Below are positions 10,056 to 18,461 of a stretch of 43,554 nucleotides of DNA, piece by piece. Location: positions 1 to 43,554 of the IMG/VR virus record IMGVR_UViG_3300025018_000037; one strand, written 5' to 3'. This DNA comes from a virus (taxonomy: Duplodnaviria > Caudoviricetes). The translations under genes and the position numbers were made by a program. The notes beneath the pieces are model-generated. The model was not told the DNA's origin. It did not search any database and worked only from the letters and a program-made list of their open reading frames with translations. Position 1 is the stretch's first letter, and every line of letters begins with the position of its first letter.

Positions 10056-10112
10056 TTATCCCCAACTATCCACAATTTATCTTTTTGCACTTTCTGTGTG
10101 TTGAGGCATAAT
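10056..10112 (+). promoter_or_regulatory. Class I promoter P1 with tandem DnaA-box-like sites
   Basis: TTATCCCCA 10056, CTATCCACA 10066, TTGCAC 10085, 16-nt spacer, CATAAT 10107. Confidence 0.65.
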
Positions 10113-10188
10113 AAGGGACATGAGAGAAACAATAAAAAAAGCAGGAAGGTTACAGAACGCTGAATCAGTTTTTTGTGACATTCTCTCA

Positions 10189-10224
10189 AGAAGCCACTTC
10201 TTTAATTAGCGGTGGCTTTTGTAT
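10189..10224 (+). terminator. Probable intrinsic terminator
   Basis: AGAAGCCACT/GGTGGCTTTT stem followed by a T-rich tract. Confidence 0.5.
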
Positions 10225-10234
10225 TGTGTACAAA

Positions 10235-10389
10235 GTGGTATTGCTCTTTCTATATTTGCAACTGAAGACCGTTCCGAAAGGGAGGTTGTCCAAGCTTCAA
10301 TCGAAGCACGTTTATCTAGGAACCGAGGGCGTTCGAGGACAACATTTATATCACTCGATGATAGCTCTGCATTATAGAAATCTTGCCAC
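10235..10389 (+). ncRNA. Candidate multibranched structured RNA
   Basis: Nested stems GTGGTA/TGCCAC, TTTCTATA/TATAGAAA, TGCA/TGCA and GTTGTCC/GGACAAC, plus hairpins including a GAAA tetraloop. No convincing ORF. Confidence 0.45.
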
Positions 10390-10486
10390 CACATAAAAAA
10401 AGTAACCGAGGTGAAAACTCTCAGGGAGTCCAACCATAATTAATTACTTAAAAAAACAACAACACCTATAAAAAAGTAATTACTTA

Positions 10487-10541
10487 CTATCCACAAGATA
10501 ATCTAAACCTTATTGCAATAATTCCTTATATAAGGCATAAT
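10487..10541 (+). promoter_or_regulatory. Class I promoter P2
   Basis: CTATCCACA 10487, TTGCAA 10513, 17-nt spacer containing the perfect palindrome CCTTATATAAGG (10524-10535), CATAAT 10536. Confidence 0.8.
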
Positions 10542-10575
10542 AGAGATTAAGAGGTTAATAATTAAAGTAAAAAGT

Positions 10576-10797
10576 ATGAAAGAAAAAATAATAAGTTGGT
10601 TGGTGATAGTGATAACAGTAGTGATATTGGCAGGTGTTTTGCTGATGACATTATCTGGTGTGTCTGAGTATTTTGACTACAGGACTAATGCTCTTTTGAG
10701 GGTTGGAAGTTGTGTGGACAAAATGGCAGTAGAACAGGGGTTTGCAGGAACTTCAAAAGAGGCTTGGGATTTATTTGCTAGTGAGTGTGATAAATAA
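10576..10797 (+). CDS. Small membrane-anchored protein
   Basis: N-terminal TM helix and two Cys. First gene after P2, with an aaaagtATG start. Confidence 0.7.
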   Translation: MKEKIISWLVIVITVVILAGVLLMTLSGVSEYFDYRTNALLRVGSCVDKMAVEQGFAGTSKEAWDLFASECDK

Positions 10798-10798
10798 T

Positions 10799-11155
10799 AT
10801 GGATAACCGCTTTGAGTTGAAAATAATTGAAACAAAAACAGATGCAGATGATGTGAGATTTATAGTTGATGGGGAGGAGTTAGAAGTTGGGTACGCTTTC
10901 AAAGATAAAAAAGATGGAAAGATACACATTATAAAGTGCCCTCGATGTAGAGCAGAAAATTATGCACTTGCAGTTCATCATGGTAACTGTGCTTGGTGTG
11001 GATTTAACCCTAACGATTTAGAAAACCAGCAGGTCAAATGTCCTAACGATATTTGTGATGGTTCTGGTGTTGTCGTTGATGGGAACGAACCAGATGATAC
11101 CTACGAAAGAACTTGCGTTTGTATGGGAGGCTCAGACGATGAGGACTATGAATAA
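10799..11155 (+). CDS. Zinc-ribbon protein
   Basis: CPRC..CAWC and CPNDIC..CVC motifs. Confidence 0.7.
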   Translation: MDNRFELKIIETKTDADDVRFIVDGEELEVGYAFKDKKDGKIHIIKCPRCRAENYALAVHHGNCAWCGFNPNDLENQQVKCPNDICDGSGVVVDGNEPDDTYERTCVCMGGSDDEDYE

Positions 11156-11492
11156 GTGGGAAGGAAAGAAGAGTCACAAGATGACTGAAGAAGAAAAGCA
11201 GTACATTTTAGAGATGCATGAAGACCACCTTACCCCTCGCAATATAGCTAGGTATCTCGGATATTCAGAAACTACAATAATAAATTTGTTGACTCCTGGG
11301 AAAAGGAGGGCTAGTCAGAAAAAATGGATTTCTAAAAACAAGGAAAAATTACAGAAGCAGACGTTAGAATATAGTAAGGTATATGTGAAAAAAGTGAACA
11401 AGCGATGCCTTGATTGTGATAAGTTGATTTCACCTCATTCAAAGAGATGTAGGAGTTGCGGTGCTGTAGAGTGGAATAAAAGAAAAAAGTAG
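11148..11492 (+). CDS. HTH plus zinc-finger putative regulator
   Basis: TPRNIARYLGYSETTI HTH and CLDC..CRSC; basic protein. Confidence 0.7.
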   Translation: MNKWEGKKSHKMTEEEKQYILEMHEDHLTPRNIARYLGYSETTIINLLTPGKRRASQKKWISKNKEKLQKQTLEYSKVYVKKVNKRCLDCDKLISPHSKRCRSCGAVEWNKRKK

Positions 11493-11539
11493 CTATCCCC
11501 AACTTATTTATTGCAAAAAAGCATTGTATAAGGCATAAT
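11493..11539 (+). promoter_or_regulatory. Class I promoter P3
   Basis: CTATCCCCA 11493, TTGCAA 11511, 17-nt spacer ending CATTGTATAAGG, CATAAT 11534. Confidence 0.8.
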
Positions 11540-11576
11540 AGAAGGTAGAGGAAGATTAAAAAGTAATAAAAAAAGT

Positions 11577-12023
11577 ATGAGTACAAGATGTCAAATAGGC
11601 TTTTACAAAGAAAGACCTAAAAACTTAAACAAGTTTGAAGCGTTGATTTATAGGCACAGTGATGGCTACCCAGAAGGGGAGTCTGGTGTATTGGAAGCTA
11701 TCGTTCCATTTTTGAAATGGTTTAAAGCTGAGAGAGGACTTAATGATGTTGAGTATGCTTCTGCTAGGTTGCTACAAGACCTGTGTAACAGATACGACAA
11801 TCACTCTATGGAGTTTGATAGAAAAATAAACAATATAGCAAAGGCAAGAAGTCCTTTTACGGGGTTGCTTGGTCACGGCATTTCAAAGGATTTTCACGGA
11901 GATATTGAGTTTTTCTATGCTGTGTATCCTGAAGGGGTTTCTACCTATGAGGTCGAGTGGGATAAGAATGGTGCAAAAGAGCCTAAAGAATGGAAGGAGA
12001 TTATGTTTTCACCATTAGACTAA
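11577..12023 (+). CDS. Conserved phage protein (MSTR...YRHSDGYP family)
   Basis: MSTRCQIG and IYRHSDGYPEG motifs, seen in many phage early proteins of unknown function. Confidence 0.75.
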   Translation: MSTRCQIGFYKERPKNLNKFEALIYRHSDGYPEGESGVLEAIVPFLKWFKAERGLNDVEYASARLLQDLCNRYDNHSMEFDRKINNIAKARSPFTGLLGHGISKDFHGDIEFFYAVYPEGVSTYEVEWDKNGAKEPKEWKEIMFSPLD

Positions 12024-12024
12024 C

Positions 12025-13041
12025 ATGAGAACAAACTGGAACTTCACAGAGGTGTGGAATCAATCTCTGTTAGAGCATGAAGAGTGGACATACGAACCGA
12101 GAGATTACTTGTGGGCGTCAGAACTAGGTAAATCTCCTATAGATTTGTACATGAGGCTACATGGGACTGACCCTAGTAACCCTCCAAACCCTCGTAGTTT
12201 ACGCAAATTTGAGGCTGGTAACGTGTTTGAGTGGATAATAGGACTTATCCTCAAAAGGTCAGGAATACTCGTTGACGGGCAAAAACGGACCAAATGGCGA
12301 CCTAGACCAGACCTACTAGAAGTATCGGGTAAATGTGACTTCATAGCAGGGGGGAAGCCAGACTTTGCAAAGGCGATGAAGGAAATGGAGGAGTTGGATA
12401 TGCCACATGTTTTTGTTAAGGCTACTGAGAAGATTAAAGAGTTCTTTGACAGGGAATACCCAGAAGGTCTTGGAGAGAAACCTTTGGAGATTAAGAGCGT
12501 TAGTTCTTTTATGTACGAAAGTATTGATAGACTTAAGAAAGGTTCTCGAATCCACCGCCTCCAGTGTTTCCACTATGTAAAATCTTTGGGATATACAGAA
12601 GGCTCTCTAATCTACATTTGCCGAGATGATATGAGAATGTTGGAAATACCGATTTACAACAACAAGGAAATGAACGATGAGTACGAAGCCTTCATTGAAG
12701 AAGTCACCCTTGCATACAAAGCTGGTACTCCTCCACCATTAGAAAAACCGATTATCTTTGATGAAGATTTCTGTAAGTTCTCTGCAAACTTCAATGTTGG
12801 GTATTCTGGATATTTGACCCTGTTGTATGGATTGAAAAACCAAGGGGAGTTCGATGACATGTATCGCCCTAAGGTTGCAAAGTGGAACAGGGTGTTAGGT
12901 CGATTAAAAAGAGGAGATACCATAACAAAGAAGAACCTCGAAGTCATTATAGAAATTGAGGAGTCAGGCTTCAATGTTGCGGAGATTTCAAAGAAGTTTA
13001 GTTCGATACCAGACCCAGAGGAGGAGGATGTTACAAGTTAA
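12025..13041 (+). CDS. PD-(D/E)XK exonuclease (Cas4/YqaJ-like recombination nuclease)
   Basis: ASELG, GNVFE, SGKCD, LEIKS and QCFHY motifs. Confidence 0.75.
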   Translation: MRTNWNFTEVWNQSLLEHEEWTYEPRDYLWASELGKSPIDLYMRLHGTDPSNPPNPRSLRKFEAGNVFEWIIGLILKRSGILVDGQKRTKWRPRPDLLEVSGKCDFIAGGKPDFAKAMKEMEELDMPHVFVKATEKIKEFFDREYPEGLGEKPLEIKSVSSFMYESIDRLKKGSRIHRLQCFHYVKSLGYTEGSLIYICRDDMRMLEIPIYNNKEMNDEYEAFIEEVTLAYKAGTPPPLEKPIIFDEDFCKFSANFNVGYSGYLTLLYGLKNQGEFDDMYRPKVAKWNRVLGRLKRGDTITKKNLEVIIEIEESGFNVAEISKKFSSIPDPEEEDVTS

Positions 13042-13051
13042 TAATAATTTT

Positions 13052-13228
13052 ATGGCAACATTTAGAATAAAAACAGAAGCAAAGATGCAACAGGTTTACA
13101 ACATTGAAGCAGAAACAAAGGAAGAAGCAGAAAAAATTGCACTGGAGAATACACAGGACTTCATTGAACAGACTCAAATTTCTCCAGGTGTAGTTATAGA
13201 TGAAGAAGTTACTAGCGAGGATAAATAA
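13052..13228 (+). CDS. Small acidic DpnD/PcfM-like protein
   Basis: F.IKTE.....YNIEAETKEEAEKIA pattern. Confidence 0.55.
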   Translation: MATFRIKTEAKMQQVYNIEAETKEEAEKIALENTQDFIEQTQISPGVVIDEEVTSEDK

Positions 13229-13236
13229 TACATATC

Positions 13237-13887
13237 ATGAGTTTTGCAGAAAAAATTAAAGAGCAAGAAGAAGTAGCAAAGAAGCAGGGTATCTCATCAA
13301 GCGGTGGGGATTGGTTCAAAATCAAAGAAGGAATGAACGCCTTTCGAGTTCTAACAGAACCAGAGTTGATGTTTGAGAAATATAACGTGGGTATCTGTTA
13401 CACTGACTGTGGATATGAGGGTTCTCCGAAGTTCCTTTGCTATGTTTTGGATAGAGCTGATAACAAAATTAAACTAGCAAAGTTGCCTTATGGAATTGGT
13501 ACAGAGATTGCAGGCTGGGAAGAAGATGAGGAGTTGAGTTTTGATGGGTTCCCTATGAGTTACGATGTACGATTGCAAGCAGAGAACGCTGGTACAAAAG
13601 AAGTAGATTATAAAACAAACGCTAGTCGAAAAATTGAAGAAGTGCCTTCAGATATTCTTGAAGAATTGAAGAAGAAAAAAACCGTTGCTGAAATTATCCA
13701 GTCGATGAAGGATAAGCAGATTGAAAAGCACAAAGCTGACGGGACTTGGGACAAAAGACAGGCAGAGTTAAAAGAGATGAAGGATAGTCTCTCAGAAGCA
13801 CGAAAGAAAGGTGCGGAAGAAGGTCCAGATGAACCTGTTGTTCCTTACCCAGAAGAAGATATAAACCCTGAGGATATTCCTTTTTAG
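13237..13887 (+). CDS. Single-stranded DNA-binding protein (gp32-like)
   Basis: WFKIKEGMNAFRVL, YDVRL..AGTKEVDY and an acidic tail ending EDIPF. Confidence 0.75.
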   Translation: MSFAEKIKEQEEVAKKQGISSSGGDWFKIKEGMNAFRVLTEPELMFEKYNVGICYTDCGYEGSPKFLCYVLDRADNKIKLAKLPYGIGTEIAGWEEDEELSFDGFPMSYDVRLQAENAGTKEVDYKTNASRKIEEVPSDILEELKKKKTVAEIIQSMKDKQIEKHKADGTWDKRQAELKEMKDSLSEARKKGAEEGPDEPVVPYPEEDINPEDIPF

Positions 13888-13891
13888 GTTG

Positions 13892-13998
13892 CTAGGAGGC
13901 TTTCGAGCCTCTAGTCCCTTTGGTTAATGGTTTGATACTTTACCCAGTTTGCAGAATTTACTCAATGGGTTCTGTAATTTATAACCAAGGGAACTAGG
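13892..13998 (+). terminator. Hairpin plus overlapping long stem-loop after the SSB gene
   Basis: GAGGCT-TTCG-AGCCTC hairpin (13896-13911), overlapping a long stem CTAGTCCCTTTGGTTA/TAACCAAGGGAACTAG. Confidence 0.55.
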
Positions 13999-14022
13999 GT
14001 CTTGAAAATAAAAAGTAAAAAA

Positions 14023-14229
14023 ATGGAAGATAAAAATATGTCGTTTAAAAAAAGAGCATACCATAAGTACAAGTGCCAGTTCTGCGGTATTGATGTTGAA
14101 AGGTATGGAAGACCTAGTAAATTAGAGCCTCGAAGGTTCACTTGTTTCAAGTGTAAAACAAGAAGACAAGCTGATAGAATAAGGATTAAGAGGGGTGGAA
14201 CTATCCACAAGACACTTTTGCAAAAATAA
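14023..14229 (+). CDS. Basic zinc-finger protein
   Basis: CQFC..CFKC; K/R-rich. Confidence 0.65.
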   Translation: MEDKNMSFKKRAYHKYKCQFCGIDVERYGRPSKLEPRRFTCFKCKTRRQADRIRIKRGGTIHKTLLQK

Positions 14230-14246
14230 CTTATACAAGGCATAAT
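14201..14246 (+). promoter_or_regulatory. Class I promoter P4
   Basis: CTATCCACA 14201, TTGCAA 14218, 17-nt spacer ending ACTTATACAAGG, CATAAT 14241. Confidence 0.8.
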
Positions 14247-14267
14247 AAGACTAAGTCAAAAAAAAGT

Positions 14268-14603
14268 ATGACAATAATTGAGAAAAAAATTGAGATATTA
14301 AACCATTGGAACTCCAAAAAAATCACAGTTCATAAGAAGATGAACCCTGATTTGAGTTCAGAGCTTTCGAGAACAATGAAATACTACGAAGTAGAGGAGA
14401 TAAAAGGGTTCATAGATTTCTATGCAACTATCCTCGAACCTGGCGTTCCAGAATCTCAAAAAAAGTATTTCTGGACTTATAAGTGGAACCTATGGGAGTT
14501 CTTAAAAAGAGGAATACGGAAGTTTGACGGGCAAGATGTGAGTAATTATTTGAAGAATCAAACGATACAAGCACCTGAGGCTATTATATTTAAAAGAAAA
14601 TAA
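14268..14603 (+). CDS. Possible replication-initiator C-terminal-like protein
   Basis: ILNHWN ... YFWTYKWNLWEFLK resembles the C-terminal domain of phage replisome organisers. Weak assignment. Confidence 0.45.
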   Translation: MTIIEKKIEILNHWNSKKITVHKKMNPDLSSELSRTMKYYEVEEIKGFIDFYATILEPGVPESQKKYFWTYKWNLWEFLKRGIRKFDGQDVSNYLKNQTIQAPEAIIFKRK

Positions 14604-14605
14604 CT

Positions 14606-15157
14606 ATGACTAGAAGTAAACTATTTGTTAGGAGTCACAGGGACCCTATAGAACTTGAATATGATGAGGCGAAAGCGGTAGATGCTTTGCTCAGAGATGT
14701 TTCAAAACCGAACAACACACCGTTCTCGATAGAGGGTGTATGGAGTGGAACAAAAGGAGAGATGAAGTTCGTTATTTTTGGAGAGAAGGAATATGAGCAA
14801 AAAAACATAAACGCATTAGATGAAGAAGAAGGAAAGAGGTTTGAAGCTATGCTGTTACCTTATAGGAAACAGTCACAAGAAGAACTTGGAAATGAGTTCT
14901 ACAGTAAGGACTTCTGGTTGCAGTCAAAAGGATTTATAAGGCTTGATGTTTGGGAGAATGGGAAAGGGTTTAGCACTGTTGTGAATGGAGATACTATCCC
15001 TCAATATGAGGAAACCCTGGAGTTTCTTGCTCGTTATGATATGTGGCAAGCAAAGAAGTATTACGCAAAGAAGATGGAGGAGAAAAGGTTACAAGAAATG
15101 GCAGATAAAAGTGGTGTTTCCCCGGAGAAACCTGCTGATAATAATAAAAAAAAATAA
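14606..15157 (+). CDS. Hypothetical protein (183 aa)
   Basis: Packed ORF in the operon. Confidence 0.75.
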   Translation: MTRSKLFVRSHRDPIELEYDEAKAVDALLRDVSKPNNTPFSIEGVWSGTKGEMKFVIFGEKEYEQKNINALDEEEGKRFEAMLLPYRKQSQEELGNEFYSKDFWLQSKGFIRLDVWENGKGFSTVVNGDTIPQYEETLEFLARYDMWQAKKYYAKKMEEKRLQEMADKSGVSPEKPADNNKKK

Positions 15158-15158
15158 C

Positions 15159-15374
15159 ATGAGTGAAATCAAAAGTGAAACATATGTATTGGTAATGGAT
15201 AGGGACAGAGATAGAGCTATGAACGCTCTCTTGAATGCTCTTACAGATGAACAGGTGTTTGAACTGGAACAGTATTTTTCAGAGAGAAGTATAGACTTTG
15301 CAGGGTTTGTTGCTGAAGTAAGTAAAAAGAGTCATGACCTTGGTTGGTGCGAAGACCCTAATTGTAAAAAATAA
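15159..15374 (+). CDS. Hypothetical protein
   Basis: TAAC-ATG coupling; C-terminal H..GWC.DPNC. Confidence 0.65.
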   Translation: MSEIKSETYVLVMDRDRDRAMNALLNALTDEQVFELEQYFSERSIDFAGFVAEVSKKSHDLGWCEDPNCKK

Positions 15375-15378
15375 AAAT

Positions 15379-15903
15379 ATGAATCACATAACCGAAGCTG
15401 AAAAAAAAGAATACTGCGATGGAACAGTAAAAATTGAAGAAGGTGCAAGGCTACTGTTTCTTATGATGGGTGAGAGGTTGCATAAGATTAAGAACGAAAA
15501 GCTCTATGAGCCTTATTGGGATTCGTGGGCAACATTTACAATGGAGTTCAAAGAACTTTCGGGTCCGTCTATTTCAAAGCTCATAAAGGTGTACGAAAAG
15601 TTTGTACTTGAATATGGATTTGAGAATGATAGATTGCAGAAAATTGGTTGGACAAAGCTGTATCAAATTACAAGACACGTTGAGTCGAAAGAAGATGCCG
15701 AAAAATGGCTTGACCTTGGAGAAGCTCAATCGAGGCAGGATTTAAACAAGACCTTGATTGAAGCAGAAACAGGGACAGAGATGACAGAATGTGGACATAA
15801 GAATACCTATGTGATTCGAGTCTGTGAAGACTGTGGAGATAAGGAAAGAGTGTACGATGATGAGGAATCTACTAAAAAAGAAGATGAGTCCTATCCTTTC
15901 TAG
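15379..15903 (+). CDS. DUF3102-like helical DNA-binding protein with a C-terminal zinc ribbon
   Basis: GERLHKIK..KLY...WDSWATF...ISKLIKVYEKF...GWTKL; CGH..CEDC. Confidence 0.6.
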   Translation: MNHITEAEKKEYCDGTVKIEEGARLLFLMMGERLHKIKNEKLYEPYWDSWATFTMEFKELSGPSISKLIKVYEKFVLEYGFENDRLQKIGWTKLYQITRHVESKEDAEKWLDLGEAQSRQDLNKTLIEAETGTEMTECGHKNTYVIRVCEDCGDKERVYDDEESTKKEDESYPF

Positions 15904-15950
15904 CTATCCACAAGATATTTATTGTAAATATACACTGTATAAGGCATAAT
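15904..15950 (+). promoter_or_regulatory. Class I promoter P5
   Basis: CTATCCACA 15904, TTGTAA 15922, 17-nt spacer ending CACTGTATAAGG, CATAAT 15945. Confidence 0.8.
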
Positions 15951-15986
15951 AATAGTAGTCGAGTTAATAAAAAATAATAATATATA

Positions 15987-16985
15987 ATGGCAAAAGCAAA
16001 AAAAGTATTAAAAAAGACAGATGTGTATGTAGCAGATTACAACATTGAGCTAATAAAAGCGTGTGTTGAAAATGATAGTGCTGTATTGATGATTGGTGAA
16101 ACAGGAACAGGTAAAACTACCATTGTTCGAGAGGTCGCAAATGACCACAAGAAAAACCTAATACGAGTTTCCGTAAACGGTTCTATGGGAGTCGAGGAGA
16201 TTCTTGGAAAGTGGCTTGTGAATGAAGGGACAACAGTTTGGCAGGACGGTATTCTTACCTCTGCTATCAGACAAGGAGATTGGGTTGTGCTTGATGAAAT
16301 AAACGCAGCTCTACCTGAGATTTTGTTTGTTCTTCACTCTTTGCTTGATGATGATAGGAAGATTTACCTACCAGAAAAAGACAATGAGGAGGTTCGACCT
16401 CATAAAGATTTCCGATTCTTTGCAACTATGAACCCACCAGAAGAATATGCTGGTACAAAGGATATGAACAAAGCTTTGATGTCACGATTTGGAGCTGTGC
16501 TTCAGATAAATGTTCTCGATTCTGTTTCAGAGGCAAAGCTTCTCGAAGATAAAGGTGCAAAGGCAGATGATGCTTTAAAGTTGGTAACACTTGCAAGTAT
16601 TCTACGAAGCCTAAAAAGCAAAGATGAGATATTCTTCTTCTGTTCTACACGAGATTTAGTTCAGGCTGTTGATTTGATTAACGCTGGATTAAAAATTGAG
16701 CATGCTGTTCTGGGTGCTATCGTGAACAAAATGTCTATTGAAGAATACAAGATTGCTGGACCAAAAATTGAGAGTCATATCAAAATGCCACCAAAAATTA
16801 GCGTTGAGTCTGTGCAGGAACTTATGGATTCTGTAATCAAGATAAAAGGAGAGATGGCAAACATGAAAAAGCTACATAAGGAAGAAATAGATAAGGTTCG
16901 AGCAGAAGCAACAAAGACAACTGTAAAAGATGATGCTGTTCGTGCCGATTTCTTGGCAGAGTTGCAGAAAATAGTAAAGAAATAA
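15987..16985 (+). CDS. MoxR/CobS-like AAA+ ATPase
   Basis: Walker A GETGTGKT, Walker B VVLDEIN, ATMNP..YAGT, ALMSRF arginine finger, STRDL sensor 2. Confidence 0.9.
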   Translation: MAKAKKVLKKTDVYVADYNIELIKACVENDSAVLMIGETGTGKTTIVREVANDHKKNLIRVSVNGSMGVEEILGKWLVNEGTTVWQDGILTSAIRQGDWVVLDEINAALPEILFVLHSLLDDDRKIYLPEKDNEEVRPHKDFRFFATMNPPEEYAGTKDMNKALMSRFGAVLQINVLDSVSEAKLLEDKGAKADDALKLVTLASILRSLKSKDEIFFFCSTRDLVQAVDLINAGLKIEHAVLGAIVNKMSIEEYKIAGPKIESHIKMPPKISVESVQELMDSVIKIKGEMANMKKLHKEEIDKVRAEATKTTVKDDAVRADFLAELQKIVKK

Positions 16986-16986
16986 T

Positions 16987-17865
16987 ATGAACGATGTAAC
17001 CTTTCAAAAAAACTTAGCCTCTGTAATGCTCGACAATAAGTTCGATAGGTTTGTGAAGAACAGAAAGACTGGGAAGCTAGATACAAAAAGTCTGTTCAAG
17101 GTAAATACCTCAAACAAATTGTTCAAGAGAAAAGAGGAGAGGAAGAATAAACACTACGCTATTACCCTTTTGGTTGATTGCTCTGGGTCTATGCATAGAG
17201 ATAAAGCTGAGGTTGCTTCTGAGTCTGCTGTGAAATTGTCAAAACATTTACAGCAAATGGATATACCTCACAATATCGTATTGTTTAATGTCGGTATATT
17301 GGAAGCTAAACCTTTCAATCGAAAAGTGGATTACAAGTGGCTTGGGAGTACGATTGTAGCAGAGTCTAATTTCCGTAGTAAGTATTTCTTTCAGTATGAG
17401 CTTACGGAATTGCCTAACGGTAGAGCAGTAAGAAAATATATAACCTCATCTAACGAAAAGGGATATAAGGACATACTTGCTGAATTGGATAAGAAAAAGA
17501 CAAAGCATATTTATGAGGACGCAGCTGGTTACAACTCCGATGCCGAAGCAATCAAGTCTGCAAAAGAGATGCTGTTAAAACAGAAAGGTCGCAAGATTAT
17601 GATTGTACTTTCAGATGGGCAACCTGCTCCGCTATACGATGCATACGAAAGTCCTATAAACAAAGGAACTTGCAGTACAGATTATGACCTCAAAGAACAA
17701 ATAAGAGTCACTATAAAATCTGGTATTGAGCTGTACTCTGTTGGTATTCTCGATGACTCTGTAAACAGGTACTACCCTCATGGTAGAACTGCTGTTATAA
17801 GTTCATTGAACCAGTTGTACCCACATATTATTAAGTTGATTAAGAAAAACCTCAAACGAGGATAA
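16987..17865 (+). CDS. vWA-domain protein (CobT C-terminal-like)
   Basis: KTGKLD, MIDAS DCSGSM, VLSDGQP, YSVGI. Confidence 0.85.
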   Translation: MNDVTFQKNLASVMLDNKFDRFVKNRKTGKLDTKSLFKVNTSNKLFKRKEERKNKHYAITLLVDCSGSMHRDKAEVASESAVKLSKHLQQMDIPHNIVLFNVGILEAKPFNRKVDYKWLGSTIVAESNFRSKYFFQYELTELPNGRAVRKYITSSNEKGYKDILAELDKKKTKHIYEDAAGYNSDAEAIKSAKEMLLKQKGRKIMIVLSDGQPAPLYDAYESPINKGTCSTDYDLKEQIRVTIKSGIELYSVGILDDSVNRYYPHGRTAVISSLNQLYPHIIKLIKKNLKRG

Positions 17866-17873
17866 AAAGTATT

Positions 17874-18461
17874 ATGGATAAAGACACATTACTAAATGAA
17901 CTGTTGAATGCATTGATGATTTTGCAGGATATTAAGGAATCGAATATCGCTGAGAACAAAAGAATTGACGCCTTCATGGAGAAGATTGCAAAGATGCTTG
18001 AAGAAGAAAAAAAGAAGAAGGAGAAGGAAGAAAAGGAAGGGGAGAAATCTGATGAAAAGTCTGAAAGTAAAGATGCTGAAGAAGGCGATACCGAAAAAAA
18101 AGAGCAAGGCTCAGCGAGTGGGAAAGAATCAAAGAAAGAATCAGACGAAAAAGAAAGCTCGCTGAGCAACCCCTCGGAAGCACTCTCGGAGAAGTTCAGG
18201 GAGATGATGAAGGAAGTTGGTAAAATGAAACTTTCAGGAGCTATGGCTGGAGATAGCACTTCAAGTATGCCTCCAACTCCCGCAACAACTGGAGGTGCAG
18301 GAAGGCTTGAAAAGCCTGTTGAGCATAAAGTCTTAGAAGAAGGTGAGGAACTGACAGATGTTGAAGGCGGTGAAGCCTCAGGAGGTGGTGTTGGGCTGGC
18401 AAATGTAGTGCCACCAGGGAAGGTGTGGTGTACAACATGTAACGAGTATCATAATAAATAA
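17874..18461 (+). CDS. Low-complexity E/K/S-rich protein with a C-terminal CxxC..H motif
   Basis: Disordered charged linker; WCTTCNEYH at the end. Confidence 0.7.
   Translation: MDKDTLLNELLNALMILQDIKESNIAENKRIDAFMEKIAKMLEEEKKKKEKEEKEGEKSDEKSESKDAEEGDTEKKEQGSASGKESKKESDEKESSLSNPSEALSEKFREMMKEVGKMKLSGAMAGDSTSSMPPTPATTGGAGRLEKPVEHKVLEEGEELTDVEGGEASGGGVGLANVVPPGKVWCTTCNEYHNK

Noticed and set aside
10056-10100. Canonical oriC basal unwinding system (tandem boxes + GC tract + DnaA-trios)
   Set aside because: Tandem boxes are present, but no GC-rich tract or trinucleotide trio array follows them. An origin role remains only an inference.
10257-10295. Hammerhead ribozyme (CTGAAGA followed by GAAA)
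   Set aside because: The GAAA is the loop of the putative stem II rather than following it, and no GAAA-stem III-UH core can be built.
12025-13041. CRISPR-associated Cas4
   Set aside because: No array or cas genes, and no four-Cys Fe-S set. Its position beside the SSB fits a recombination exonuclease.
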